A stretch of DNA of 64,000 bases, taken from sequence record MT932213.1; one strand, written 5' to 3'. Numbering within the stretch: position 1 is the stretch's first letter; every line of letters starts with the position of its first letter. The notes under the pieces were generated by a model that did not search any database, was not told where the DNA came from, and was given only the letters and a program-made list of their open reading frames with translations. This stretch comes from Escherichia phage VEc74. This document shows positions 51,086-62,060 of this stretch, one piece after another. The translations under genes and the position numbers were made by a program.

Positions 51086-54000
51086 ATGGCCGAGATTAAA
51101 AGAAAGTTCAGAGCAGAAGATGGTCTGGACGCAGGTGGTGATAAAATAATCAACGTAGCTTTAGCTGATCGTGCCGTAGGAACTGACGGCGTTAACGTTG
51201 ATTACTTAATTCAAGAAAACACAGTTCAACAATATGATCCAACTCGTGGATATTTAAAAGATTTTGTAATCATTTATGATAACCGCTTTTGGGCTGCTAT
51301 AAATGATATTCCAAAACCAGCAGGAGCTTTTAATAGCGTACGATGGAGAGCGTTACGTACTGATGCAAACTGGACAACTGTTTCATCAGGACCTTATCAA
51401 TTAAAGTCAGGCGAATCAATTTCAGTTGATACTGCAGCCGGTAATGACATTACATTTACTTTACCATCTTCCCCAATTGATGGAGATACTATCGTTCTCC
51501 AAGATATTGGAGGAAAACCTGGAGTTAATCAAGTTTTAATTACAGCACCGGTACAAAGCATTGTAAATTTTAGAGGTCAGCAAGTACGTTCAGTACTAAT
51601 GACTCATCCAAAATCACAGATAGTTTTAATTTTTAGTAATCGTCTGTGGCAAATGTATGTCGCTGATTATAGTAGAGAAGCTGTAGTTGTAACGCCTGCG
51701 AGTCTCTATCAGGCGCAATCAAACGATTTTATCGTACGTAGATTTACTTCTGCTTCAGCAATTAATATTAAACTTCCAAGATTTGCCAATCATGGCGATA
51801 TTATTAATTTCGTTGATTTGGATAAATTAAATCCTCTTTATCACACAATTGTTACTACATATGATGAAACAACTTCAGTACAAGAAGTTGGAACTCATTC
51901 CATTGAAGGTCGTACATCGATTGACGGTTTCTTGATGTTTGATGATAATGAGAAATTGTGGAGATTGCTTGACGGGGATAGTAAAGCACGTTTACGCATT
52001 ATAACAACTAATTCTAATATTCGTCCAAATGAAGAAGTTATGGTATTTGGTGCGAATAACGGAACAGCTCAGACAATTGAACTTCAGCTTCCGACTGATA
52101 TTTCTGTTGGTGATACTGTCAAAATTTCCATGAATTACATGAGAAAAGGACAAACGGTTAAAATCAAAGCTGCAGGTGAAGATAAAATTGCTTCTTCAGT
52201 TCAATTACTGCAATTCCCAAAACGCTCAGAATATCCACCTGAAGCTGAATGGGTTACAGTTCAAGAATTAGTTTTTAATGGTGAAACTAATTATGTTCCA
52301 GTTTTGGAGCTTGCTTATATAGAAGATTCTGATGGAAAATACTGGGTTGTACAGCAAAACGTTCCAACCGTAGAAAGAGTAGATTCTTTAAATGATTCTA
52401 CTAGAGCAAGATTAGGCGTAATTGCTTTAGCGACACAAGCTCAAGCTAATGTCGATTTAGAAAATTCTCCACAAAAAGAATTAGCAATTACTCCAGAAAC
52501 ATTAGCTAACCGTACTGCTACAGAAACTCGTAGAGGTATCGCAAGAATAGCAACTACTGCTCAAGTTAACCAGGATACTACATTCTCTTTTGCTGATGAC
52601 CTTATCATTACTCCTAAAAAGCTGAATGAAAGAACGGCTACTGAAACTCGTAGAGGTGTTGCTGAAATTGCTACGCAGCAAGAAACTAATACAGGAACCG
52701 ATGATACTACAATCATTACTCCTAAAAAGCTTCAAGCTCGTCAAGGTTCTGAATCATTATCTGGTATTGTAACCTTTGTATCTACTGCAGGTGCTACTCC
52801 AGCTTCTAGCCGTGAATTAAATGGTACGAATGTTTATAATAAAAACACTAATAATTTAGTTGTTTCGCCTAAAGCTTTGGATCAGTATAAAGCTACTCCA
52901 ACGCAGCAAGGTGCAGTAATTTTAGCAGTTGAAAGTGAAGTAATTGCTGGACAAAGTCAGGAAGGATGGGCAAATGCGGTTGTAACGCCAGAAACGTTAC
53001 ATAAAAAGACATCAACTGATGGAAGAATTGGTTTAATTGAAATTGCTACGCAAAGTGAAGTTAATACAGGAACTGATTATACTCGTGCAGTCACTCCTAA
53101 AACTTTAAATGATCGTAGAGCAACTGAAAGTTTAAGTGGTATAGCTGAAATTGCTACACAAGTTGAATTCGACGCAGGCGTCGACGATACTCGTATCTCT
53201 ACACCATTAAAAATTAAAACTAGATTTAATAGTACTGATCGTACTTCTGTTGTTGCTCTATCTGGATTAGTTGAATCAGGAACTCTCTGGGACCATTATA
53301 CCCTTAATATTCTTGAAGCAAATGAGACACAGCGTGGTACACTTCGTGTAGCTACACAGGTCGAAGCTGCTGCAGGAACACTAGATAATGTTTTAATAAC
53401 TCCTAAAAAGCTTTTAGGTACTAAATCTACCGAATCGCAAGAAGGTGTTATTAAAGTTGCAACTCAGTCTGAAGCTGTGGCTGGAACGTCAGCAAATACT
53501 GCTATATCTCCAAAAAATTTAAAATGGATTGTGCAGAGTGAACCTACCTGGGCAGCTACTACTACGATAAGGGGATTTGTTAAAACTTCATCTGGTTCAA
53601 TTACGTTCGTTGGTAATGATACAGCTGGTTCTACCCAAGATTTAGAACTGTATGAGAAAAATAGCTATGCAGTATCACCATATGAATTAAACCGTGTATT
53701 AGCAAATTATTTGCCGTTAAAAGCAAAAGCTGTAGATAGTAATTTATTGGATGGTCTAGATTCATCTCAGTTCATTCGTAGGGATATTGCACAGACGGTT
53801 AATGGTTCACTAACCTTAACCCAACAAACGAATCTGAGTGCCCCTCTTGTATCATCTAGTACTGGTGAATTTGGTGGTTCATTGGCCGCTAATAGAACAT
53901 TTACCATCCGTAATACAGGAGCCCCGACTAGTATCGTTTTCGAAAAAGGTCCTGCATCCGGGGCAAATCCTGCACAGTCAATGAGTATTCGTGTATGGGG

Positions 54001-54955
54001 TAACCAATTTGGCGGCGGTAGTGATACAACACGTTCGACAGTGTTTGAAGTTGGCGATGACACATCTCATCACTTTTATTCTCAACGTAATAAAGACGGT
54101 AATATAGCGTTTAACATTAATGGTACTGTAATGCCAATAAATGTTAATGCTTCAGGAACATTGAATGCAAATGGTGTAGCAACATTTGGTAATTCAGTCA
54201 CTGCAACTGGTGAAATTATTTCTCGAAGCGCAAATGCTTTCCGTGCTATTAACGGAAATTATGGTTTCATTGTTCGCAATGATGGACCAGTAACGAATTT
54301 TATGCTTACTGCATCGGGTGATCAGACTGGCGGATTTAATGGATTGCGTCCTTTAGCTATCAATAATGCATCTGGTCAAGTAACGATTGGTGAAAGCTTA
54401 ATTATTGCCAAAGGTGCTACTATAAATTCAGGCGGTTTGACTGTTAACTCGAGAATTCGTTCTCAGGGTACTAAAACATCTGATTTATACACCCGCGCTC
54501 CAACATCTGACACAGTAGGATTCTGGTCAATTGATATTAACGATTCAGCCACTTATAATCAATTCCCTGGTTATTTTAAAATGGTTGAAAAAACTAATGA
54601 AGTGACTGGACTTCCATATTTAGAACGTGGCGAAGAAGTTAAATCTCCTGGTACATTGACTCAGTTTGGTAACACACTTGATTCGCTTTACCAAGATTGG
54701 ATTACTTATCCAACGACCCCAGAAGCGCGCACCACTCGCTGGACACGTACATGGCAGAAAACCAAAAACTCTTGGTCAAGTTTTGTTCAGGTATTTGACG
54801 GAGGTAACCCTCCTCAGCCATCTGATATCGGTGCTTTACCATCTGATAATGCTATAATGGGTAATCTTACTATTCGTGATTTCTTACGAATTGGTAATGT
54901 TCGCATTGTTCCTGACCCAGTGAATAAAACGGTTAAATTTGAATGGGTTGAATAA
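51086..54955 (+). CDS. 34: Long tail fibre proximal subunit gp34
   Basis: 1289 aa, T4 gp34 size; internal repeated T-E-T-R-R-G-I-A-x-I-A-T motifs; late promoter upstream. Confidence 0.95.
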   Translation: MAEIKRKFRAEDGLDAGGDKIINVALADRAVGTDGVNVDYLIQENTVQQYDPTRGYLKDFVIIYDNRFWAAINDIPKPAGAFNSVRWRALRTDANWTTVSSGPYQLKSGESISVDTAAGNDITFTLPSSPIDGDTIVLQDIGGKPGVNQVLITAPVQSIVNFRGQQVRSVLMTHPKSQIVLIFSNRLWQMYVADYSREAVVVTPASLYQAQSNDFIVRRFTSASAINIKLPRFANHGDIINFVDLDKLNPLYHTIVTTYDETTSVQEVGTHSIEGRTSIDGFLMFDDNEKLWRLLDGDSKARLRIITTNSNIRPNEEVMVFGANNGTAQTIELQLPTDISVGDTVKISMNYMRKGQTVKIKAAGEDKIASSVQLLQFPKRSEYPPEAEWVTVQELVFNGETNYVPVLELAYIEDSDGKYWVVQQNVPTVERVDSLNDSTRARLGVIALATQAQANVDLENSPQKELAITPETLANRTATETRRGIARIATTAQVNQDTTFSFADDLIITPKKLNERTATETRRGVAEIATQQETNTGTDDTTIITPKKLQARQGSESLSGIVTFVSTAGATPASSRELNGTNVYNKNTNNLVVSPKALDQYKATPTQQGAVILAVESEVIAGQSQEGWANAVVTPETLHKKTSTDGRIGLIEIATQSEVNTGTDYTRAVTPKTLNDRRATESLSGIAEIATQVEFDAGVDDTRISTPLKIKTRFNSTDRTSVVALSGLVESGTLWDHYTLNILEANETQRGTLRVATQVEAAAGTLDNVLITPKKLLGTKSTESQEGVIKVATQSEAVAGTSANTAISPKNLKWIVQSEPTWAATTTIRGFVKTSSGSITFVGNDTAGSTQDLELYEKNSYAVSPYELNRVLANYLPLKAKAVDSNLLDGLDSSQFIRRDIAQTVNGSLTLTQQTNLSAPLVSSSTGEFGGSLAANRTFTIRNTGAPTSIVFEKGPASGANPAQSMSIRVWGNQFGGGSDTTRSTVFEVGDDTSHHFYSQRNKDGNIAFNINGTVMPINVNASGTLNANGVATFGNSVTATGEIISRSANAFRAINGNYGFIVRNDGPVTNFMLTASGDQTGGFNGLRPLAINNASGQVTIGESLIIAKGATINSGGLTVNSRIRSQGTKTSDLYTRAPTSDTVGFWSIDINDSATYNQFPGYFKMVEKTNEVTGLPYLERGEEVKSPGTLTQFGNTLDSLYQDWITYPTTPEARTTRWTRTWQKTKNSWSSFVQVFDGGNPPQPSDIGALPSDNAIMGNLTIRDFLRIGNVRIVPDPVNKTVKFEWVE

Positions 54956-54963
54956 GAGGTATT

Positions 54964-56082
54964 ATGGAAAAATTTATGGCAGAGTTTGGACAAGGATATG
55001 TCCAAACGCCATTTTTATCGGAAAGCAATTCAGTAAGATACAAAATAAGTATAGCGGGTTCTTGCCCGCTTTCTACTGCAGGACCACCATATGTTAAATT
55101 TCAGGATAATCCTGTAGGAAGTCAAACATTTAGCGCAGGCCTTCATTTAAGAGTTTTTGACCCTTCCACCGGAGCATTAGTTGATAGTAAGTCATATGCT
55201 TTTTCGACTTCAAATGATACTACATCTGCTGCCTTTGTTAGTTTCATGAATTCTATTTCAAGCAATAGACTTGTTGCTATATTAACTAGCGGAAAGGTTA
55301 ATTTTCCTCCTGAAGTAGTATCTTGGTTAAGAACAGCAGGAACGTCTGCTTTTCCATCTGACTCTGTATTGTCAAGATTTGATGTATCATATGCTGCTTT
55401 TTACACTTCTTCTAAAAGAGCTATCGCATTAGAGCATGTTAAACTGAGCAACAGAAAAAGCACGGATGATTATCAAACTATTTTAGATGTTGTATTTGAC
55501 AGTTTAGAAGACGTCGGAGCTACCGGGTTTCCAAGAAGAACATATGAAAGCGTTGAGCAGTTTATGTCAGCTGTTGGTGGAACTAATAACGAAATTGCAC
55601 GTCTACCAACTTCATCCGCGATAAGTAAACTTTCTGACTACAATTTAATTCCTGGCGATGTTCTTTATCTTAAAGCACAACTATATGCTGATGAAGATTT
55701 ACTCGCTCTTGGAACTACGAATATATCTATTAGATTTTATAATGAATCGGATGGATATATTTCTTCAACACACGCTGAGTTTACTGGTCAAGCTGGGTCA
55801 TGGGAATTAAAGGAAGACTATGTAGTTGTTCCTGAAAATGCAGTAGGATTTACGATATATGCACAAAGAACTGCACAAGCAGGTCAAGGTGGCATGAGGA
55901 ATTTAAGTTTTTCTGAAGTATCAAGAAATGGCGGAATTTCAAAACCTACAGAATTTGGCGTCAATGGTATTCGAGTTAATTATGTCTGTGAATCTGCTTC
56001 ACCTCCAGATATAATGGTACTTCCTACACAAGCATCGTCTAAAACTGGTAAAGTGTTTGGACAAGAATTTAGAGAAGTATAA
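54964..56082 (+). CDS. 35: Long tail fibre hinge protein gp35
   Basis: 372 aa, T4 size and synteny. Confidence 0.9.
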   Translation: MEKFMAEFGQGYVQTPFLSESNSVRYKISIAGSCPLSTAGPPYVKFQDNPVGSQTFSAGLHLRVFDPSTGALVDSKSYAFSTSNDTTSAAFVSFMNSISSNRLVAILTSGKVNFPPEVVSWLRTAGTSAFPSDSVLSRFDVSYAAFYTSSKRAIALEHVKLSNRKSTDDYQTILDVVFDSLEDVGATGFPRRTYESVEQFMSAVGGTNNEIARLPTSSAISKLSDYNLIPGDVLYLKAQLYADEDLLALGTTNISIRFYNESDGYISSTHAEFTGQAGSWELKEDYVVVPENAVGFTIYAQRTAQAGQGGMRNLSFSEVSRNGGISKPTEFGVNGIRVNYVCESASPPDIMVLPTQASSKTGKVFGQEFREV

Positions 56083-56087
56083 ATTGA

Positions 56088-56105
56088 GGGAGCCTTCGGG
56101 TTCCC
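56088..56105 (+). terminator. Hairpin GGGAGCC-UUCG-GGUUCCC plus U-tract after gene 35
   Basis: 7-bp stem with one G-U pair, followed by TTTTTCTTT. Confidence 0.6.
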
Positions 56106-56113
56106 TTTTTCTT

Positions 56114-56121
56114 TATAAATA
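56114..56121 (+). promoter_or_regulatory. T4 late promoter motif TATAAATA (gene 36)
   Basis: Exact consensus ~24 nt upstream of gene 36 ATG. Confidence 0.6.
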
Positions 56122-56144
56122 CTATTAAAATAAAGGGGCATACA

Positions 56145-56810
56145 ATGGCTGATTTAAAAGTAGGTTCAACAACTGGAGGCTCTGTCATTTGGCATCAAGG
56201 AAATTTTCCATTGAATCCAGCCGGTGACGATGTACTCTATAAATCATTTAAAATATATTCAGAATATAATAAACCACAAGCTGATGATAACGATTTCGTT
56301 TCTAAAGCTAATGGTGGTACTTATGCATCAAAGGTAACATTTAACGCTGGCATTCAAGTCCCATATGCTCCAAACATCATGAGCCCATGCGGTATTTATG
56401 GGGGTAACGGTGATAATGCTACTTTTGATACAGCAAATATCGATATTGTTTCATGGTATGGCGTAGGATTTAAATCGTCATTTGGTACAACAGGCCGAAC
56501 TGTTGTAATTAATACACGCAATGGTGATATTAATACAAAAGGTACAGTGACTGCATCAAAACAAGTAAGAAGCGATGCGGCTGCTCCTATAGCAGCGAAT
56601 GACCTTACTAGAAAGGACTATGTTGATGGAGCAATAAATACTGTTACTGCAAATGCAAACTCTAGGGTGCTACGGTCTGGTGACACCATGACAGGTAATT
56701 TAACAGCGCCAAACTTTTTCTCGCAGAATCCTGCGTCTCAACCTTCACATGTTCCACGATTTGACCAAATCGTAATTAAGGATTCTGTTCAAGATTTCGG
56801 CTATTATTAA
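56145..56810 (+). CDS. 36: Long tail fibre distal connector gp36
   Basis: 221 aa, late promoter upstream. Confidence 0.9.
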   Translation: MADLKVGSTTGGSVIWHQGNFPLNPAGDDVLYKSFKIYSEYNKPQADDNDFVSKANGGTYASKVTFNAGIQVPYAPNIMSPCGIYGGNGDNATFDTANIDIVSWYGVGFKSSFGTTGRTVVINTRNGDINTKGTVTASKQVRSDAAAPIAANDLTRKDYVDGAINTVTANANSRVLRSGDTMTGNLTAPNFFSQNPASQPSHVPRFDQIVIKDSVQDFGYY

Positions 56811-56818
56811 GAGGACTT

Positions 56819-59800
56819 ATGGCTACTTTAAAACAAATACAATTTAAAAGAAGCAAAACTGCAGGAGCACGTCCTGCCGCTTCAGTATTAGCCGAAGGTG
56901 AATTGGCTATAAACTTAAAAGACCGTGTACTTTTTACTAAAGATGACCAAGGAAATATTATTGATCTGGGTTTTGCTAAAGGCGGTAGTATTGACGGGAA
57001 TGTTATTCATATAGGAAACTATAACCAAACTGGTGATTATACTTTAAATGGCGCATTAACTCAGACAGGTAATTTTAATTTAACTGGTATTGCTCGAGTA
57101 ACTCGCGATATTATTGCCGCTGGGCAGATTATGACTGAAGGCGGTGAACTTATTACAAAAAGTTCAGGTACAGCACATGTTCGTTTTTTCGATGGCAATA
57201 GTCGCGAACGTGGAATCATTTATGCCCCGGCTAATGATGGTTTAACTACACAAGTACTTAATATCAGGGTTCAAGACTATGCCGCTGGTAGCGAAAGCAC
57301 TTATGCATTTTCAGGCAGTGGCCTATTTACTTCACCTGAAGTATCAGCATGGAAATCTATTTCGTCTCCACAAATTCTGACCGATAAAGTTATTACAAAT
57401 GGGAAGAAGACAGGCGATTATGATATCTATTCATTATCAAATAACACTCCAATGGCAGAAGGCGAAACGGCTATTAACCACCTCCGTGTTATGCGAAATG
57501 CTGTAGGAGCAGGTATTTTCCACGAAGTTAATGTTAATGACGGAATAACCTGGTATTCCGGAGATGGCTTAGACACTTATCTTTGGTCGTTTAACTGGGC
57601 CGGTGGATTGAAAGCGGGTCGTTCTATTGCTGTTGGCCTTCCTCACGGTTCTAAAAATTATTCAGAAATGGGCACGGCTTCTATTGCTTTAGGAGATAAT
57701 GATACCGGATTTAAATGGCATCAGGATGGATATTATTTCAGCGTCAATAATGGAACGAAAACATTTTTATTTAGTCCTAGTGAAACAACTAGTCTAAGAA
57801 AATTTGTAGCTGGATATTCTACTAACGGAACCGATTTAACGACTCCTCCAACTGAAAACTATGCTCTTGCTACTGTCGTGACATATCACGATAATAACGC
57901 GTTTGGAGATGGTCAGACTCTTTTAGGATATTATCAAGGCGGTAATTATCATCACTATTTCCGCGGTAAAGGTACTACAAACATTAATACTCACGGCGGT
58001 TTGTTAGTTACTCCAGGTAATATTGATGTTATTGGCGGTTCTGTTAATATTGATGGTAGAAATAATGCTTCTACACTGATGTTTAGAGGTAACACGACCG
58101 GAGCTAGTTCAGTTGATAATATGACAATTTCTGTGTGGGGCAATACGTTTACTAATCCTAGTGTAGGTGATCGTAAAAACGTCATGGAAATTTCTGATGC
58201 AACTAGTTGGATGAGCTATATTCAAAGACTTACAACAGGTGAAGTAGAAATGAACGTTAACGGTTCATTTGAATCATCTGGTGTTACTGCTGGAAATAGA
58301 GGAGTTCACACAACGGGCGAAATTTCATCTGGGGCTGTGAATGCACTTCGTATTTGGAATGCAGATTATGGAGCCATTTTTAGACGTTCAGAAGGAAGTC
58401 TTCATATTATTCCAACTGCTTATGGTGAAGGCAAAAATGGTGATATCGGTCCACTTCGTCCGTTTAGTATGGCTTTAGATACCGGTAAAGTTACTATTCC
58501 AGATTTACAATCAAGTTACAATACGTTTGCTGCTAACGGTTATATTAAATTTGTTGGTCATGGAGCAGGTGCCGGCGGTTATGACATTCAATATGCTCAA
58601 GCAGCTCCCATTTTCCAGGAAATCGATGATGATGCCGTAAGTAAATATTACCCAATTGTTAAGCAAAAATACCTTCAAGGTAAAGCTGTTTGGTCTTTAG
58701 GTACTGAAATTAATTCGGGAACATTTGTTTTACACCATATCAAAGAAGATGGTTCACAAGGCCATACATCAAGATTTAACGCTGACGGTACAGTTAACTT
58801 CCCGGATAACGTTCAGGTCGGTGGTGGTGAAGCTACTATTGCTCGTAATGGTAATATTTTCTCGGATATTTGGAAATCGTTTACTTCTGCCGGTGATACT
58901 ACAAATATTCGCGATGCTATTGCGACTCGTGTTTCGAAAGAAGGCGACACGATGACCGGTAAGTTGACTTTATCTGCTGGAGATGATGCCCTTGTTTTAA
59001 CTGCAGGCGTGGGTGCTTCATCACACATCCGTAGTGATGTAGGTGGTATAGGTAACTGGTATATAGGCAAAGGCGGCGGCGACAATGGTCTAGGTTTTTA
59101 CAGTTACATTACACAAGGCGGTGTATACATAACAAATAACGGCGAAATAGCGCTTTCTCCTCAAGGTCAAGGAACATTTAATTTTAATAGAGACCGCCTT
59201 CATATAAACGGTACACAATGGACTGCGCACCAGGCCGGCGATTGGGGAAATCAATGGCGCCAGGAAGCTCCTGTATTTGTGGATTTTGGTAATGTTGGTA
59301 ATGATAGTTATTATCCTATTATTAAAGGAAAATCTGGTATTACTAATGAAGGTTATATATCTGGTGTAGATTTTGGTATGCGCCGTATCACTAATACATG
59401 GGCCCAAGCTATTATCCGTGTTGGTAACCAGGAAAACGGTCATGACCCACAAGCTGTCTACGAATTCCACCACAATGGAGTTATGTATGCTCCTAACATG
59501 GTTAAAACTGGAGCAAGATTATCAGCTGGCGGTGGTGACCCGGTATGGACTGGGCCATGTCTTGTTATTGGTGATAATGATACTGGATTAGTTCATGGTG
59601 GTGATGGACGAATTAACATGGTTGCAAATGGAGTGCATATTGCTTCATGGTCAGCTGCTTATCAGATCCATGAAGGTCTTTGGGATTCAACTGGTGCTTT
59701 ATGGACTGAAACAGGAAGAGCTATTATTTCTTATGGGCATTTAGTCCAACAAAGTGATGCCTATTCCACATATGTTCGAGATGTTTATGTCCGTTCTGAT

Positions 59801-60130
59801 ATTCGTGTTAAAAAAGACCTTGTTAAATTTGAAAATGCTTCTGAGAAACTTTCCAAAATTAATGGTTACACTTATATGCAGAAGCGAGGCCTAGATGAAG
59901 AAGGCAATCAGAAATGGGAACCTAACGCCGGTTTAATTGCTCAAGAAGTTCAAGCTATTTTACCAGAATTAGTTGAAGGCGACCCGGATGGTGAAGCTTT
60001 ACTTCGTTTGAACTATAACGGTGTAATTGGTTTAAATACAGCTGCAATCAATGAGCATACCGCAGAAATTGCAGAACTTAAGTCAGAGATTGAAGAACTT
60101 AAAGCATTAGTTAAATCATTGTTAAAATAA
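56819..60130 (+). CDS. 37: Long tail fibre distal subunit gp37 (T2/T6-type with C-terminal coiled-coil extension)
   Basis: 1103 aa; gp36-like N-terminus, tail-fibre repeat body; C-terminus ...[26 protein letters not shown]. Confidence 0.9.
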   Translation: MATLKQIQFKRSKTAGARPAASVLAEGELAINLKDRVLFTKDDQGNIIDLGFAKGGSIDGNVIHIGNYNQTGDYTLNGALTQTGNFNLTGIARVTRDIIAAGQIMTEGGELITKSSGTAHVRFFDGNSRERGIIYAPANDGLTTQVLNIRVQDYAAGSESTYAFSGSGLFTSPEVSAWKSISSPQILTDKVITNGKKTGDYDIYSLSNNTPMAEGETAINHLRVMRNAVGAGIFHEVNVNDGITWYSGDGLDTYLWSFNWAGGLKAGRSIAVGLPHGSKNYSEMGTASIALGDNDTGFKWHQDGYYFSVNNGTKTFLFSPSETTSLRKFVAGYSTNGTDLTTPPTENYALATVVTYHDNNAFGDGQTLLGYYQGGNYHHYFRGKGTTNINTHGGLLVTPGNIDVIGGSVNIDGRNNASTLMFRGNTTGASSVDNMTISVWGNTFTNPSVGDRKNVMEISDATSWMSYIQRLTTGEVEMNVNGSFESSGVTAGNRGVHTTGEISSGAVNALRIWNADYGAIFRRSEGSLHIIPTAYGEGKNGDIGPLRPFSMALDTGKVTIPDLQSSYNTFAANGYIKFVGHGAGAGGYDIQYAQAAPIFQEIDDDAVSKYYPIVKQKYLQGKAVWSLGTEINSGTFVLHHIKEDGSQGHTSRFNADGTVNFPDNVQVGGGEATIARNGNIFSDIWKSFTSAGDTTNIRDAIATRVSKEGDTMTGKLTLSAGDDALVLTAGVGASSHIRSDVGGIGNWYIGKGGGDNGLGFYSYITQGGVYITNNGEIALSPQGQGTFNFNRDRLHINGTQWTAHQAGDWGNQWRQEAPVFVDFGNVGNDSYYPIIKGKSGITNEGYISGVDFGMRRITNTWAQAIIRVGNQENGHDPQAVYEFHHNGVMYAPNMVKTGARLSAGGGDPVWTGPCLVIGDNDTGLVHGGDGRINMVANGVHIASWSAAYQIHEGLWDSTGALWTETGRAIISYGHLVQQSDAYSTYVRDVYVRSDIRVKKDLVKFENASEKLSKINGYTYMQKRGLDEEGNQKWEPNAGLIAQEVQAILPELVEGDPDGEALLRLNYNGVIGLNTAAINEHTAEIAELKSEIEELKALVKSLLK

Positions 60131-60135
60131 TAAGA

Positions 60136-60149
60136 GGGGCTTCGGCCCC
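60136..60149 (+). terminator. GGGGC-UUCG-GCCCC hairpin between genes 37 and 38
   Basis: Perfect stem directly after gp37 stop and just upstream of the gp38 SD. Confidence 0.45.
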
Positions 60150-60161
60150 TTGGAGGTTTAT

Positions 60162-60935
60162 ATGGCAGTTGAAGGACCGTGGGTAGGATGGTCTGCAAGG
60201 GTACAGACTGGAGACCCTTGGATGGCAGGAGCAGCCGTAAGATTAAGAATGGGTGTTCCATTTTGGATGAGTAATATGATAGGTCGATCTGTTGAAGTAA
60301 TTCACACGCTTGGAGCAGACCATAACTTCAATGGTCAGTGGTTCCGAGATAGATGTTTTGAGGCAGGTAGTACACCTATAGTGTTTAATATCACTGGAGA
60401 TTTAGTATCATATTCTAAAGATGTTCCTTTATTCTTCATGTACGGAGATACACCGAATGAATATGTTCAACTGAATATACATGGTGTAACGATGTATGGC
60501 CGTGGCGGGAATGGCGGTAGCAATAGTCCTGGCTCAGCTGGGGGTCATTGTATTCAAAATGATATTGGCGGGAGACTAAGAATTAATAATGGCGGAGCTA
60601 TTGCTGGAGGCGGCGGAGGCGGTGGCGGCGGTAACAGGGGTAGACTAGTATTTGGTGGTGGCGGTGGTCGCCCATTCGGTAGTGGCGGGTCTTCCTCTCA
60701 TATGAGTGCTGGTGCAACCGCCGGCACTATTTACGCTCCGGGTGCAGGATCTGTCGGTGAGGGGTCTCTTAGTGCATATACAGGCGGGAATGGCGGTGAA
60801 GTTGGCTCCGCAGGAGGTAGATGTAATACTCACGGTACCGGTGCAGAATATGACGGCGGCGCTGGTGGTTATGCCGTCATAGGGTCTGCTCCAACGTGGA
60901 TAAATGTTGGAGCAATATATGGTCCAAGAGTATAA
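60162..60935 (+). CDS. 38: Receptor-recognising adhesin gp38 (T2-type, glycine-rich motifs)
   Basis: ~257 aa from ATG at 60162 (GGAGG SD); poly-Gly stretches [12 protein letters not shown] and [12 protein letters not shown] typical of T2-type adhesins rather than the T4 gp38 chaperone. Confidence 0.8.
   Translation: MAVEGPWVGWSARVQTGDPWMAGAAVRLRMGVPFWMSNMIGRSVEVIHTLGADHNFNGQWFRDRCFEAGSTPIVFNITGDLVSYSKDVPLFFMYGDTPNEYVQLNIHGVTMYGRGGNGGSNSPGSAGGHCIQNDIGGRLRINNGGAIAGGGGGGGGGNRGRLVFGGGGGRPFGSGGSSSHMSAGATAGTIYAPGAGSVGEGSLSAYTGGNGGEVGSAGGRCNTHGTGAEYDGGAGGYAVIGSAPTWINVGAIYGPRV
60590..60690 (+). repeat. Imperfect GGN triplet repeats encoding poly-glycine in gp38
   Basis: ggaggcggcggaggcggtggcggcggt... 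and ggtggtggcggtggt... Confidence 0.7.
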
Positions 60936-60965
60936 TTTGAATAAATATCCTTAAAAGGAGGGTCT

Positions 60966-61622
60966 ATGGCAGCACCTAGAATATCATTTTCGCCCTCTGA
61001 TATTCTGTTGGGTGTTCTAGATCGCTTGTTCAAAGATAACGCTACCGGGAAAGTTCTTGCTTCCCGGGTAGCTGTCGTAATTCTTTTATTTATGATGGCG
61101 ATTGTTTGGTATAGGGGAGATAGTTTCTTTGAGTACTATAAGCAATCAAAGTATGAAACATACAGTGAAATTATTGAAAAGGAAAGAAATGCACGCTTTG
61201 AATCTGTCGCCCTGGAACAACTCCAGATAGTTCATATATCATCTGAGGCAGACTTTAGTGCGGTGTATTCTTTCCGCCCTAAAAACTTAAACTATTTTGT
61301 CGATATTATAGCATATGAAGGAAGATTACCTTCAACAATAACAGAAAAATCACTTGGAGGATATCCTGTTGATAAAACTATGGATGAATATACGGTTCAT
61401 TTAAATGGACGTCATTATTATTCCAACTCAAAATTTGCTTTTTTACCAACTAAAAAGCCTACTCCCGAAATAAACTACATGTATAGTTGTCCATATTTTA
61501 ATTTGGATAATATCTATGCTGGAACGATAACCATGTACTGGTATAGAAATGATCATATAAGTAATGACCGCCTTGAATCAATATGTGCTCAGGCGGCCAG
61601 AATATTAGGAAGGGCTAAATAA
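60966..61622 (+). CDS. t: Holin T
   Basis: 218 aa, MAAPRISFSPSDILLGVLDRLFKDNATGKVLASRVAVVILLFMMAIVWY... single TMD plus large periplasmic domain; matches T4 T. Confidence 0.95.
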   Translation: MAAPRISFSPSDILLGVLDRLFKDNATGKVLASRVAVVILLFMMAIVWYRGDSFFEYYKQSKYETYSEIIEKERNARFESVALEQLQIVHISSEADFSAVYSFRPKNLNYFVDIIAYEGRLPSTITEKSLGGYPVDKTMDEYTVHLNGRHYYSNSKFAFLPTKKPTPEINYMYSCPYFNLDNIYAGTITMYWYRNDHISNDRLESICAQAARILGRAK

Positions 61623-61895
61623 TTATTTGTTCGTATACATCTCTAGATATCGATATACACCCTCAAAACCCTCGTTGAATTCGTCGATGAGGGTTTTCTT
61701 ATCTTCTTGGGTTAATTCAGAAACAATTTTACGGAATGAATTCTGATTTAACTTTCTACCTTCATGCGTTACTCCAATCTCATTCAGAAATGCAATAAAA
61801 TTAACACGATTCTCAACAATATCTTCTCTGGAAAATTTAATCAAAATAGACGCAACAGTAATAATTTCACGAACTGTATCAATGTTTTTATTCAT
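61623..61895 (-). CDS. asiA: Anti-sigma70 factor AsiA
   Basis: 90 aa, MNKNIDTVREIITVASILIKFSREDIVENRVNFIAFLNEIGVTHEGRKL... matches T4 AsiA. Confidence 0.95.
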   Translation of the reverse strand: MNKNIDTVREIITVASILIKFSREDIVENRVNFIAFLNEIGVTHEGRKLNQNSFRKIVSELTQEDKKTLIDEFNEGFEGVYRYLEMYTNK

Positions 61896-61907
61896 TAACT
61901 ATACCAC

Positions 61908-62060
61908 TCAATTAGTTGACTTTGTTATAATATCATCAGACGCTTGATTTGTAAACTGGTCTGTGTTATTTTCTTCAAAAATTTTTTCTACGAATTCCTT
62001 GAACGACTCACGTTCCTGAGCTACATTATGCTCGATTACCTTTTCAAGATTATGACTCAT
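61908..62060 (-). CDS. Small hypothetical protein (asiA.1-like)
   Basis: Hand-translated 50-aa ORF MSHNLEKVIEHNVAQERESFKEF...; start overlaps arn stop; below track cutoff. Confidence 0.35.
   Translation of the reverse strand: MSHNLEKVIEHNVAQERESFKEFVEKIFEENNTDQFTNQASDDIITKSTN

Noticed and set aside
52380-53520. Periodic repeats in gene 34 that might look like a spacer-repeat array
   Set aside because: They are in-frame coding repeats of a fibre motif (T-E-T-R-R-G-I-A-x-I-A-T), with no spacer-repeat architecture and no cas genes; not a CRISPR array.
53767-54063. 98-aa antisense ORF inside gene 34, and similar ones inside gene 37 (57991..58185, 58813..59473)
   Set aside because: Nested in long tail fibre genes; no start context; expected by chance in long ORFs.
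60150-60161. TTG-initiated N-terminal extension of gp38 in the ORF track
   Set aside because: ATG at 60162 has a GGAGG SD at optimal spacing; the extension overlaps the 37-38 hairpin.
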